From the NCBI GenBank assembly GCA_965655095.1, contig OZ296657.1:28706001-28770000 (forward strand): a stretch of DNA of 64,000 bases, given 5' to 3'. The notes under the pieces were generated by a model that made no database searches, had not been told where the DNA came from, and was given only the letters and a program-made list of their open reading frames with translations. Every line of letters starts with the position of its first letter. The first letter of the stretch is position 1. The translations under genes were made by a program, and so were the position numbers. Source of the DNA: Haplodiscus bocki (lineage: Eukaryota). Of the stretch, positions 37,101 through 50,428 are shown one piece after another.

Positions 37101-40100
37101 ATATCACTCCCTAATTCAACGAATCTTACGGAGGCTTTGACTTTATTTTGGGTCATGGCTTTATTATTTGTTTTACGGCTCATCGGCAACCTTCATTACT
37201 TTTTTTCTCCGCCTTCGATGGGAAGATGGATTTTTTATTGGTTGTTTCTAAATTGTTGGTATTTTTTACCATTTATGTAACTCAGTTACCTTCGAGACAT
37301 ATTTTGAAAGGAAATTGAGATCAATTTTTTTTCAAACAAAAGACGTTTCTTTTTTCTCTCAAGGAAGGTTTCGACTTCCTGACTAAAAATTCAGTGTCAC
37401 CATCAGGTAGATAAAATTTATGTTGCGAGGGATCGGTGTCCTTCATGACTTCTCTGATTGTGTAATCCTTTACACCAATTTGTAGCTTCAGTTTTTGACA
37501 ATTGGAATCTTGTATCAGCAATCCTGGGTGGTCTTCTAGTTCAAGTTCAGGCCTCCGATTTCAGCGCGACTTTCAGCTTCTCTTCAGTTTTGAAATCGTT
37601 CACTTGCAACGAGGTTTGCACAACTGTTAGCTCAGTTGATACATGAACTATGTAATTATATATCCTAATCACTAACAGTAGCTCATCATTCGAGTTGGCG
37701 TTTCCTCTTTGCAAGACGAGGTATTTTCGTGTTTTTTTTCTCATTTTTTTCTGTTGAATCGCCCAAAGAAGATTGTTTTCTCTGGGGTCTAACAAAAAGT
37801 GTTTGATAATTTTCAGGAAGTTTTCGAAAGTCTTGCTGACAATTTGTAAAGTTTTACTGAAAGTCTCTGTTATATTTGGTATTCTTGAGCTTCGCTTCAC
37901 CACCACAGAATTTAAAACCACCTTTAATTGAGCCTTGTTCCCCTTCAAATAAATCGCCTGTCCAAAGTTTCAGAAAGTTTTGATAGAAGTAAAAATTAAA
38001 GAAAATCGCAAGTGTTTCCCCCATAGTCTGTGAGTTCTAATAATTCTAAGTGTCATCAATTCTTTTCACTAGTAATTTATCATTTGGATAGATAGGTTTC
38101 GACGTTTAGGAACAAACTTGATCGATGACAATTCAATTGAAGTTTTTTTGACAACACTTTTTCTCAGCAAACAGGAATAGTATGTACAAAATGATGTTTT
38201 TTCCAAGAAGCGGTAAACGAAAAATAGGAAAAACAAAATACTTGTTTGCTTTCTGCAGTTACATCCTTTCAAGCGAAGTTGTGTATTTCTCCAGTTAAAA
38301 ATATCTTTTGTTTTGTCTTTGTCAGATACGTTAAAGACAAAAATGCAATTGGCATGATCCAACTGCAAATTACTTCACATCTTTTGCCTAAGCATTTAAA
38401 GTTCTAATTAATGCTTTTTATGCTTAAAATCACTTACAATACGGTTTTTGGATAATGATGGTTTTGTTTAACCATTAGGCACAAAATGTAGTCTTCGTCT
38501 CATGTAGTCTTTTCACCTTGAGAAAACGTCTATACTCCTACTGTATCTTTAATCTCCACTAATTTGGACTATAGGTTTTTCCTTGATAGTATTCTTTTTT
38601 GTAATCAGTTACTTTCTCAATGTTTCCTTGTAAATTTTTCTTTCCAATCTCTCCTGTTTTTCCTCTATTCCTAATTTTTTATTAAGATGACATTCTTTGT
38701 TCATGCAATAAAGGCGTCTTTCACAAGTTTTGCAAACTTTTAGTATTGCATCCTGATTATATTTACCTCTACGAGCAATTGTTTTGCGACAAAGTAATTT
38801 ACCTTTAGTACAATGTTCAAATGAATCATTTACGGAAAGAAGTTCATTTTGATTCTTTTCTTGAATGTGTAAAAATCTCTGGTGTCTTCTATTTAACCTA
38901 AGTTTTTCGAATTTGCATCCTAGCTTGCAAAATTGGTGCGGGCTTTTAGGAAGCTCCAGTGTTTTCTGAATGGTTGCCAATTTTAAAACTCAACGACCCT
39001 TTAGGAGTCATTTTTCCGAAATTACATACCACTGTTTTCAAAACCTTCTTCCCCAAAAACGAAAAAAATTATGAACAATCACTTTTCATAGCTATTTTCT
39101 CTTGCGTTTACGTTAATTTCTTTTATCCTACTGCAAAACAGACAAAAATAGTCGCAAAGGTTAACATTTGTTGATTTAATCTTACTATTGTATTGATTTA
39201 CTTTTAGTTTTGCAATTGAACATAGAAAAAACTTTGTTTCTGGGTTAGGGACGCCTATTTCAAATCCGACCGCGGTAGCGGTTGAAGCAATTCCTACAGC
39301 TAGCTCTGCTTTGAACACCCAACAAGATTTCCGAAATGGTAATATAGGCAGGTAATATACTTATGCTTGTTTTTTCTTTAGAGAAAAGTATTCATCAATC
39401 TTCAGTTTCTTCAGAAAATTACCAAAGTCCGACCTTTCAGATTTTCGATTTAGGTTCTTAATATCCATTTAAAAATATTTTTGGTTCGACTGTTCAGATT
39501 TGTTTTCTTTTGTATGTTTAATTGCTCTTATAGTTTGCAGCACTCACTTCTACAAACTTAGCTAGAATTTGTTCCTATCTCGTGCAGGCATCAAAACTTT
39601 TAAAATTGAAGCTTGCGTCAATCTTCTCAGAAAAGTTCACGCTACTGAATTCAACAGTGTCGGTTGGTTGATCGTTGGTAAAATTTATGCTTCAATGAGG
39701 CAAGCCAACAAAAAGCTGATCTGTTTAAACACTATCACCTTCTAATTTTTACCATCCCCATTCAGATCGAAAGCTTCAGAAAAGCTCAAAACTGATTTAT
39801 CAATGTCGTCGAGAGAACACGTTTTGTTAGCAGGGTTAAATTGAAGCTGCTCTACAATCACATACCCCTTCCTCTACCTTCTGCAGGTGGGCATCGGAGT
39901 AAGAAAAAGTTGCTTAACGTCTCTAATTTTGCCACAATATTAATGCAATTTCATTTACCCTTCAAAAAACCCCTATTAGTAGACTTCGATGAGTGATGTA
40001 GCCATAATATGAACTTGAGTCCATGTTTCCAACTTTCTTTGCAGGTTAATAGAATGGCCGTTTTCCAATTCCGAAAGTTTGTGGGAAACTTTTTTTTCTG

Positions 40101-40599
40101 ATCCAGTACCACTGGCTTCTGAGAATGTACCAAGCTCAGTACTAGTGCCAATCACTGCAACAGTTGTTGCTCTGCTTCTTGAGGAATCAAATGGGAGACA
40201 ACCTCCCAGTATAAGGGCATCGCAATTCAAAATATAACAAGACAATGAAGAATTACCACAGTTGCCCCATTTCAATTAAACCTTAGAGTTTGAGAGAGAC
40301 GCCTTCACTTCGGCCCAATTTGTATAGTATGGATGCCTCTAATTAGAAACAGCCTGATTAAATGTGTCTACATCAATTGGTTGTTTGCTACTCGTTGTTC
40401 ACACAACGGTGATACAGACAGTCAGAAGTTTCTCAGCAGGATCTAGTCTGAGAAGACTGGATTGGTGAAGATTATTGTCTAATTAACGTTTTATAGGTAG
40501 TTGATTTGAAAAAAAAGGGAATCGCTGTACAGAAAAATGGAAAACACGTAACTCATTGTCTTGGCTGTAGAAGCCTATGGTTTTGATTTAATTCTAGGA

Positions 40600-41200
40600 A
40601 CTGAGTCTGTGTTGAATTCACTTATGGGCACGAAATCGAGGGCTTCGGGTCGACATTTGGCTGCGTCTGAAAACTGAAAAGTTTTGGGTGAATTCACAAC
40701 ATACACGTGTCAGCGTGACATTTTCTTTTTCACTTCTTTGTCTGGAAAAAATTACCGCTAAAATAGGCTCCTCTTACATGATCTACTGCTTCTCCAATTT
40801 TCACGTCGAAGGTTCAGTCAATTTTATCCATCAATTGTTCTGTAAAAATGAATAGGAAACAAATTCGCAATAGCTTCATGGAATAAAAGCTGGATTAATT
40901 GAAAAGATTTTCAGTGAAAAAACGGGTTCGAAGACAAAGAAGCATCATTAATATACTTATCTTCGAACAAACACGGTTTAGCAGATTTTTCAGGAAAGAC
41001 TGAGGAAAAATAAATGAAAAAAGGATCATCTAGTACAAAAAACACTTGTTCATTGTGACTTTGATCGAAGAAACGTTGAAAGATGCTTTGAAGGATATCG
41101 AATTTGAAGATTACGACCATTCAGACCAATTTTCATTTGCTGGCTAGTTTCACCCAAGAGGCGTCGATTGATACCCTATTAGACAAATTGCAGCCAGTAA
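40600..41200 (-). pseudogene. possible Polinton packaging ATPase remnant
   Basis: ORF 40911..41120 has a Walker-B-like QVFFVLDD. No intact Walker A. Call relies on genomic context. Confidence 0.3.
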
Positions 41201-41401
41201 TTTTGGAGAACAAAAAGTTTGGCTTTCGGGATAGATAGAAAACGATTGATATTTCAGACTCCTTCGATCATTAAAACTTCCCATATTAGAAACATGTTGT
41301 TGATTTTTGCTCTTCCTTTGCAGAGTTGTTGATTAAAACCTTAACAGGAGGACGTCAGCGGGTTAATGTGAAACACTTGAATTTTAAAATCAGGACAATT
41401 C

Positions 41402-41635
41402 TTACGGAGACTCATTTACTGGCACCTCCCGCCTATTAACAATAACATTGAACGATATTTTGTAGTTAGAAGATTGTTGATTGAGACCATGATGAGAGAA
41501 GTCGAGATGGTTGTTTTGAAAAAAATCGATCCTTTTATCAAGGTGGTTCAAACAAATATGCACTTCTTGACTCTTTCCCCGTTTCGAGTATCCATTCCCA
41601 GGAACCAAACACAATAATGGACTGTCAATTGGCAA
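41402..41635 (-). pseudogene. possible minor capsid (penton-like) protein C-terminal remnant
   Basis: DSPLLCLVP...ISFNVIVNRREVPV resembles the xPLLRxxP...IxIxxxxxxGExIP ending of Polinton minor capsid proteins. Confidence 0.35.
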
Positions 41636-43465
41636 TATACAAGTAAAAACATGTGGACTGAGACATTGAATGAAGAAACGTAGCCAGTAGTTTTGGCGAA
41701 AGTTAGTTTTGAGTTGCGAGAAATATCAGTCCTTTGCGCACATTTCCGCTAAATGCATGTGTAAAAATACAGAGCAATAACCGAGATCAAAGATTTGGTT
41801 ACCGGAAGACGTTTTGTTATATGCAAATTGTCAATTGAGGCAAAGATGAAACGGTTGTAGCAGGATGTCTTGAAGAAAATATAGTTTGATTATGAAGGTT
41901 AATCAAACGTAAACGCAGTTCTTGCTATTTTCGGTCACAGTGGTTCCTTTTGGAAAAGTCAAACAGCACGAAAGTTTTTACTGAAAACCGTTCTACAAGC
42001 TGAAAATAATGGAGAAGCACATTGATGTTTGAAAATCAGATGGTAGTCTTGCAAAAAGTTATATTTGAGTTGCGATTCAGAAAAATTGCTGACCAATAAT
42101 TCTTTACATAACTACAAGCTTTGAAACGGAACGCCTTTGGTAACAAAAGACTTTCTACAGGTAAAAAATTGTTGTTTGTGGCCTGCAGGGAAAAATTCCT
42201 TAGGGTCACTTCTGATCAAAATGACATTTAGTTTGGAGAATAATATAACTAATTTGTTTTCCAAGCCCAATGTGACACTAATCATCATGCAACGTACTCA
42301 AGGAAGTAGTCAAAGGAAAACGTTCGTGAAATGTTTTTCAAGTGTTTGGGGCCCAGATGCGAAAACAGCACACAAATAGTTGAGGAATCTTTTCAGAGAA
42401 AACAAGTCAAGTTTTTGAAACGGATTTCATCCTATAAAATGAAGATATAACTTTCTGACACTTGAAAGTTGTTAAAAAGTCTGACTAAGTTTAGTTGATT
42501 CATAAACGTGGAAAAACAGAAGTTTTCATAAAACAAAAAAACACTACGCTATACACAAAAAACTAGCGTGAAAAAAAAACGAAAAAGAACAAAAATTTGA
42601 GAAAACATAAAACCTCCTTTTCAAATTATTGATAAGTTCTGCGTTGGCGCCACCTCCATTTGATGACAATGCTGATATGCACTGTAGCAAGAGCTCACGA
42701 ACCTGCAACAAGAAGTCTGCGTGACTCTCGCAAATTGTGGAGAAAGAACAAAAACTGCACAAATGAAGTGACTATTTTCCTTTCAAAACCTTTTAAACAG
42801 CAACTACAACACTCTGAGAACATGTCAATCAACACCGCTCATCTGTTTGGTGCCAAAGCTTCGGGGAAGCATATGAAGGTCGGAAACTTCTTGTCTTTGA
42901 GTATTACAGTGCCGAAAAATTAATGAGGAGGCCCTTCTGTTATTTCTGGTGTTTGTAGATTTTTCTGGCGCTGCCTATTTGTCACGAGTTTCCAAATAAA
43001 ACTTGTTTGACTTAAGCAAAGATTTTCATTGGGGAACTTTTCTGTGTCTCTGAAAATTTCTGGTAACAAAAAACTTAGGTATAAAAGGGCTCGATTTTCC
43101 ATGACAATTTTTAGTCCAAGTTTTTTCTCACAGTACCGAACTTTTTCGTAAGGGACGTTTTTGGTGTCTGTGAGTACTTGCCTATGTTTGGCATAGATTG
43201 CCTTCGCATGCTTCAAAATTGTATGCCGGATGAAACAAATTGAGGAAAAATTGGAAACTTTGTTGTGACCCTGGAAAGAAGTGATTCAATAATGATAAGA
43301 AACTAATAACTTCCTTTAAAAATAACAACAATACCTACAAAAATTAGCGTTATGTTTCTTAAAGCACGGACTAAAAACTGGCGAGGAATGAAAACCTTTC
43401 AACGGAGTAGAAAAAATGCTCTCGTCAAAATTCCACAATGTTCTAATAAAGTAAAAGGAACATAG

Positions 43466-43540
43466 AGGTAAAGGCTGCGGTTTGAACCTGTTCGTAGCGC
43501 TTCAGAATAATGTTGTCTAACCCACTGTGCCATTAGAACT
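43466..43540 (-). tRNA. tRNA-Gln(CTG)-like degenerate Pol III unit
   Basis: Minus strand GTTCTAATGGCACAGTGGGTTAG...TTCTGAA...CAGGTTCAAACC: A box TGGCACAGTGG, B box GGTTCAAACC, CTG in the loop position, T4 downstream. Stems are decayed. Confidence 0.55.
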
Positions 43541-43585
43541 TTTGGAATTTTTAACAATTGTCAGTGAAAACAAAAAAACCATTCT

Positions 43586-43656
43586 ACACGATTGAAACTT
43601 GAACCCGGACCAACGGTTTGAGAGTAGCTTGTCCTAAACCGACTGCTGTTATTTAT
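43586..43656 (-). tRNA. tRNA-Glu(CTC)-like degenerate Pol III unit
   Basis: Minus strand CAGTCGGTTTAGGAC...CTCTCAA...GGTCCGGGTTCAAG resembles tRNA-Glu (GGTTAGGA...CTCTCA...GGCCCGGGTTCGA). Followed by a T7 run at 43572-43578. Confidence 0.5.
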
Positions 43657-43728
43657 TTTAGAAAAAGATGATTAGGTCAAATTGAACAGAAAGTATTAGA
43701 AAAAAATCGCCTAAATTGAATGAAACAA

Positions 43729-45302
43729 TTATCTTACAAAAAAAATGGCGAAGACAGAGTAAGTAGATATATTTAATACCTTTTTTGTCTTGGATGATTG
43801 AACTGAAACTTTTAGCTTTATGCAAACCGAGTTGGTTTGTAAATGAGATAGAGCGTTTAATACAAAATCCATCAACGAATCGTTAGCTTGATATTTCACA
43901 AAACCAATTCCATTTTTGAAGCCGTCTGTTAACAATATTTTTCCTTCCTTTCTAGATAAGGGTTCAATTTTTATGTGAAAATCAAAGTCGTTAAAGTTCA
44001 CATCGTGGGCGACTTCTAGAAGCTTCTTACCAGATGTCGTTTCTTTTTTAAAATTGTTAATCGATGAAATTCGCATTAGTCATCTCTGCCTAAAGTCACT
44101 GAAGGTTGAGTCGTCTTTGGCTGTCAATTGATAATGAAACAAGCTACTGTGTCATTCCTAAGCTTGTTGCTTGATCAGTAGTTGTCCTACTGTGAATATA
44201 AATTTTACTTCTATTGTTTGTGAAGCTTTATTCAATTTTTAGCTCTGCATTCAAGTCGTCAAAAACTGGAAAACTCAGGGGAAGGTCTGAACTAAAAACA
44301 TCGCTTGCGTCGCCTCCAAACTCATTTTATAGTATCTTCTAACTTCTATGTAAGCTCCGTTAGAAGTGTTTTTGAAAAGTTGACTGCATGCCATTATGAA
44401 GGTATCGAATGGTTCCGGTGCTTTAAGTTACTTCTATAACCACCAATCGATCCAAAACAACATTTTTTTGCCCTTTGTTACAAAATCCCGATGCACACTA
44501 GAATCCCACTATGACACAGACAGGTACATTTGTCCTTTGTTCCCTTCCAAAAACTAGCAACCAGTTCTTTCTGGGATTCCAGACTTCTGTGTTACACTTA
44601 TACTCACAAGGCTATACTCAATCCTTTTTGTTCTAAAAATGCTGCTTTGCTAAAGATAAATTATCAAGAAAAGGTGTGTCGTATCTAATATCCCAATTTT
44701 GACCTTAAAATGCAACCTTAGTTTCAAGCCCAATTTCCCGATGAAAACGGTTTCCAAGTTAGCTCATTTCCTCAGCAAAAAAGTGGAAAATACGAATCCT
44801 CCATTGAATTTTTTACAAGTCTGGCGACACTGGCACTTTTTTAAGCAGAATCTAACACAATTTGTGTCCTTGTTTGAATTATCACGAGGTATAGCGACAT
44901 CCTTTAGAAACCTATTTTTTCAGTTTCAACAACATATCGATTTCTTTTCTTTGTAAACAATAAACACATCCTTTTTGTTATCGGCCAATTGTCTGTACAA
45001 GAAGCGGGCTGGATAGACGCTGTCAAGACCTTGTGTATGCTTGACTTGAAACTCTTTTCCCTAAAAAATGAAACCAAAAAGATTGTCGAGTTGAATTGCA
45101 CCTTTGCACTTTTATCAACACAACTGGAATCGTCGTTCTTAACTACCGAAACCTCTAATTCGATGTAGGAGTGTCTGATATCTGCAAAGACGTCATCTCC
45201 GAGACAAACTATTTTGAGAGTTGAAGTTCCATTGACACGTCTGGATGATAATGGTTGATAAGCAACAAGGTCTGATAAAAATTGAGATGACGTTTTTTCC
45301 AA
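43729..45302 (-). pseudogene. Polinton major capsid protein (double jelly-roll), fragmented
   Basis: N-terminal ORF 44904..45302 (VAYQPLSS...LKIVCLGDDVFADIRHSYIELEVSVVKNDDS...KVQFNSTIFLVSFF) follows the Polinton MCP pattern YxPxS...IxFxxxGxxxYxDxxxSYLxxxxxIxKxDG...SxF. C-terminal ORF 43729..44076 (FKNGIGFVKY...IKLKVSV...ISTY). Total span about 1.57 kb. Confidence 0.7.
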
Positions 45303-45479
45303 GTTGACAAATTTCCGTTAGAATATTTTCCCAAAACTTGATTTCCAGTTTCTATTATGTAAAATCTAATTTTACGAATCCAGACACTTTAAATAGTTCA
45401 TATCTCCCTTCCTTTTTTGGTAACTTACCAGATACCACCTTAAGCTCGTTCTCTTTTCTATTGTAGTGTTCCTTTTTAC

Positions 45480-46000
45480 TCTGTTCTTTAAAAAAAAGTT
45501 TCATTCACGTCACTAAAAAACAAACTAAGAAGTTTTTCTATTGAGAAGAGGGACACAATGTCTTTCCACAATGATTGTCTGGTAGTTTCGGAACATGTCC
45601 CCACAGTTTATCAATTTTTTCTCCTCTACAAAGTTTTTTCGTTCCTAGCTCTTCATTCAAAACAATTGTGAATAATATATTTGGGCTAAGACCACTTTTA
45701 ATGCCCCAACGATAAAATCACAACACAGAAGTCACAGAAAATTTTTTTGATTACCTTCTAGCGTGAAAAATTACGTTTGCAGCCTAAAACAGGAGGGTTG
45801 AAGCCTAGAACGTTAAATAACGGTTCGTCAGGAGTGAAAATTGACTTGATAGCCACTCGTTAAAAAAGGCTTCTTAAAGTAAATTCGTTTGTTTCTATTT
45901 TATTAAAGTACTCCTCAAAGTCAACTAGAAGCAATTTAAATTGAAGTGCTGCGTTTATTTGGGTTTTTTCAAAAGCTCCGACGGGAAATGAAAATAAGAC
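45480..46000 (-). pseudogene. possible adenain-like cysteine protease remnant
   Basis: Frameshifted CG/RHCV-like motif near 45545-45565 and an FxxFG-like stretch near 45705, between integrase and capsid. Weak. Confidence 0.3.
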
Positions 46001-46399
46001 GTAATGTTTTAGTTGACGAGAAGAATAATTGGATGCATTGTTTTTTTTGTTTTAAGCAAGAAGAGTTCTGTTTGTCACGGCTAAGAGTGCCCATAACATA
46101 AATAGTGTCTCAAACATCAGTACCTTCTATCAAACACAAAAGAAAACGGTTGGTTTCAAAGTTTTTTTCCCGGGGAATTTGTGGAGGTAGTCTGCTGTTT
46201 TTCTTCTTTGTGAATGGAATAAGTTCCTCGGTTCATTTGGTGTAGTGATATGCAATTTTAGTAACTCCTTGAAACTTCTTGCTTTGCATTAAAATGTCCT
46301 TATATTTTCTCCCAGACAAGATTCTGATCTTGCTTGCCACTAGAGCGCTGGGGTTTGAAGATAAACTTATGAATGTTGGTCAGCCTTCACCTCTGACCT

Positions 46400-47450
46400 C
46401 TGGTTGCCTGGAGGAAAATAAACTCATTTTTAAATTCGACGATTCATCTTTCCCCAAACCACACGCATAACTGAGTTTTTCTCTCATTGCAACCGCCTCT
46501 TATTCAGAGCCATCGTTTGTGTTAACATATTGCCCACATCGAAGGATTTGAAATACTTAGGTGATACTTAACATGTTTCAGCTTCCTTATCTGTATAGGG
46601 AACGATAAACTTATCAAAATAAACTAACAGTCTTTTTCGTTGATGTTAGACTTTTTAAAATCAACTCCTGCGAAATAAAACATTTTTTAATAAAAAGCTT
46701 TGACTGACTTATTGGGCCAGATATTGAGGCCGAAAAGTAGCTACATATAATTGTGTTGTTCCTTCAGTTTTATATTTTTGAGGTTTCATTTGCCGAGTCC
46801 TTAATGGGTAAAAGTGTCAGAGGTCAGGAAATCAAAATCCTCGTTGTTCCTGTCCCGCCTGAAGTAGAATTTTTTCCTCTTGGTGCCCCTGAAACATTAA
46901 ATTTGTTCTATCATGTTTTCCTGTAAAAGCAGCAGCTTACTCTCCCACCAACATGTAATCTTGTTTTTTTTTCGTTCTTTTTTGTTCCGTTAAATAAAAG
47001 GCTTGGAATTGTTGCTTTTGTTCACTCAATTTAAAAAAAACATTTCCCTCCATGCTTTCATGTGTGTAGAATGCCATTTGTTTTTGCAAAACTCAGCCAA
47101 ACTTGCTTGATAAAAACATGGTTCGATAAAATGAACTATCGAATTGAAAAACTTGTTTGAACAATTAGGCTGAGAAAAAGATTTAGTGGTAGGAACATGT
47201 ATCTAATAGAAAGCGACACCTTCCTTTAACTTTTTTAATTAAACTTCTGAAGTATTAGGGGCCTAGAACCTGTCAACCAACGTTTTGCAGATAGTATTTG
47301 AAACTCGTCAACACTCATGTCCATCATATTTGATTCATCTCGAAACGAATTATGAAGTTTCAAACAATGTTGGATTGAAACATGAGCATTACGTTTGAAT
47401 TAGTTTTAATAGTTAGTTTTGGTAAATATAGTTCTTGGCTGATTTTGAAC
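46400..47450 (-). pseudogene. Polinton retroviral-type integrase remnant
   Basis: FYQASLAEFCKNKWHSTHMKA (~47054-47116; cf. EFYNxxFxxFxKxxxIxHYSTxSxxKA) and C-terminal RKTQLCVWFGEDESSN (~46435-46482; chromodomain-like xxVKWxGxxxxxNSW). Confidence 0.55.
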
Positions 47451-49725
47451 AGAGACATTTTACTGTGGCGTGAACGCTTCAACTCAACTTGAACTCTTGG
47501 TCATCTATTTCTTTTTCATTCCAGTCGCCTAGTATTAAAATTTTGTTACGGTCAGAATCATATATCTCTTATATCTGGCATATTTAAATCATAAACTTTT
47601 CCTCTTGCTCAAATCCTTGTGCTCTTTCAACTCAATTGCTTCAAATTCATCTTCAAGGCTCTTAGCATTAATTACAGAGTCTAAATGGTTGATGTGTTTA
47701 TTTGATTTAAAAGTCTTTCGCATGATATTGATGGAAAAGTATTTGATCTGGTATTGGTATACGGCTTCATTCAAGTTTGGAGAGAAAAATAGTTGGCACC
47801 GTTTAGGATGAGTTAGTCCAAGTTTTGTTTCGGAACATAATGACTATGTACTTTGGGTTAGGTGACTGAACTATGTAATTACAATTTGTAATCATGAAAT
47901 GTTATTGCAAAATGCTACAAAGCTTGTTGTCAAAACAAAAACTTTTGAGGACAGTCGAAAATGTATGTATATAAAAACTCTGTTACTTTTTTAGGATATA
48001 AATCAAGTGAGTTCCAACATTGATACAGTGTTTTCTAAAGTATTAGAGTGATAGAGTTGATTCTACAAACCATTTTCTTTCTCAACCGAGTTAGACTTTT
48101 CAATCTCGTTGTTTAATTCAGCTACAACGTACGTAATGGCAACTTTATCGGAAACTCAAAAAAGAAAAACAGAATCAGCTTCAAAATTGAAGGCCAATTA
48201 GAGGAGAGGTCAAATTACTGTTGGTTTGCCGAATTACTTTTTTTACAGATGCACATAAAAAGGTGCATGGCAAATAGAATCCTGGAACAGTTTTCATATT
48301 TTCAACTGAGAGCCTTCAAGTTTTTACTTCTTAGTCAAAACGAAAAGAATGAAATCTAGAACAAAACTCGTGTTCCTATTCGAGCCAAAAATTTTTTTGT
48401 TCTATTCCGGTTTTTGATCTATTTCAACAAAGCGAGAAATTTTATATTTTATACGTGCATGTTTACACACGCATTCTTTTTCACTTCGAAAGCATAGGCG
48501 CTGTTATACCAATTGCAAACACGTTGAGTTAACTCTTAATACTAGTTTTTTCCTTCAATGTCAAGTATTTTCCTATTTTTCACGAAAAACCGGCGTTATC
48601 GAGCAGAATAGGACAAGAGTGACGACGGGAGAGTAGAACGGTTAAACAAACGGATCGGGGCGATCGATCATGGTAAAGTTGAAATATGAGACTAGTCAAG
48701 ATGGGAGCAAACAGATGATAGTCTTTAGGAACTAAATTTCTACGAAAGGGGAAGAAATTTGGTTGATATTTACTATTTGCTTACTCTGGTTTTGTCCAGT
48801 GTCATGTTAGCACTCACTTTACAATAATACTTGTATACTTTACGCGATGAGAGACAAAGGGAACGGAATCGAAAGTATTGATGACGATGCATAAGTTTTC
48901 AAATTATTCGAACGTGATCAATTGAAAAAATTCGGCTTTGTTGCATTACTTCCTACCAGTCTTAGAGCTACTATGGGATGTATTATACAATAACAGACTG
49001 ATATTCTAGCTAAATTTTAAACTTCAAAAAGGCTATGCGTTGTCATGGTGCTTAAAACTCTTCCCTGATACGGGCATTACATCTATTTCCAAGGAGGCCA
49101 ATAGTTACGCTGCTAACGACACTAACCTGCAAAGAAACCGTAGTACGATATCTCTCACAAAACCTGCAAAAATATCTGGAAAGGCGTTAAATTATCATGA
49201 ACTACCGGTGACTTATCTTATGCCCTGGCAAAGACGCACCTAAAAAATTTTGCTGCGAGCACTTTGTTAAAAATGATGGGGTGGGAAACTTGTCGAAAAA
49301 ATAAACTGCTCCCGAAAGACTCGTTGCTCAGAAGTAAATGCTCAGAATACTTGTTTAAGACATATATGATTGGGTAAAGTTTGACTTTTCTCAGAATAAT
49401 GATTGTCTTTAGTGGACAATTTCACACTTTTTCAAAAAAGAATTAGCACTGGTGGCTGTGTAGAAGTGGATTGACTCGAATACAGAAGACGTTTACCAAA
49501 AAACTGATGTAACAGTCGAACACTTGTCACAGAAGCTACACAAATGAAAGAGAACAAGGTATACTTAATTTCAACCTACAACCTAATTTTACTCTTTTTA
49601 TGAGTATGTTTAGCAAGCAATTCATTTTGTAATATTTTTTTCTGAGAGACCGCAGGTACAAATGCGAGGGTCACTTGTTGAAGCTGCAGAATTTTCATTC
49701 AGGAAATTTTACTTGCAGTTTACAC

Positions 49726-49925
49726 NNNNNNNNNNNNNNNNNNNNNNNNNNNNNNNNNNNNNNNNNNNNNNNNNNNNNNNNNNNNNNNNNNNNNNNNNNN
49801 NNNNNNNNNNNNNNNNNNNNNNNNNNNNNNNNNNNNNNNNNNNNNNNNNNNNNNNNNNNNNNNNNNNNNNNNNNNNNNNNNNNNNNNNNNNNNNNNNNNN
49901 NNNNNNNNNNNNNNNNNNNNNNNNN
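49726..49925. other. assembly gap (200 N)
   Basis: run of exactly 200 N. Confidence 1.
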
Positions 49926-49926
49926 C

Positions 49927-49951
49927 TGTGTGTATGTGTATGTGTGTGTGT

Positions 49952-49994
<43 letters not shown>
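49927..49994. repeat. (TG)n microsatellite at contig end
   Basis: about 34 TG units with three substitutions. Confidence 0.98.
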
Positions 49995-49996
<2 letters not shown>

Positions 49997-50428
49997 GAAG
50001 ATGATTCCAGTCAAATCAAACCTCCACTGTTTTTATTTGTAAATTCTTGTATTCAATCTGCCCATTTTTTGAAGTTACATGGCACCATGCTTCTTTCGAC
50101 AAACTTCAGGACATTTTGTGGATTAGTTCTTTTTTTAAAAATTCTTCCTCTACATACGTAACTGAAACATTTCTTTGTTTCTGAAACTTCTAAAATGTTC
50201 ATTAGTTCATTGGTTTTTTCGTCGAAAAAGCCACAGAGATTCAAAAACGTTTTGTCTAAAAACTGGGCATAAAATTGACAAAATAAAATTTCTCTGTCTA
50301 TTTTTATCTCCTTTTTGACTAACTTGATTTCTCCAGCCTCTAAGAACAAAGAAATTAAACTGAAAAACTTCGTGCTGTGGGCATTTTGTTGAGTAATTCA
50401 TAATCCCCATAGCACACGTTTGCGACAA

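Larger units (their letters stand above)
34700..48200 (-). mobile_element. degraded Polinton/Maverick (adintovirus-like) virion and integration module
   Basis: Same-strand succession of integrase, protease-like, major capsid, tRNA-like, minor-capsid-like and ATPase-like remnants plus K/R-rich ORFs. No TIRs found. Confidence 0.65.

Noticed and set aside
49662-50161. CV/HT-repeat ORFs
   Set aside because: Artefacts of the N gap and the (TG)n microsatellite.
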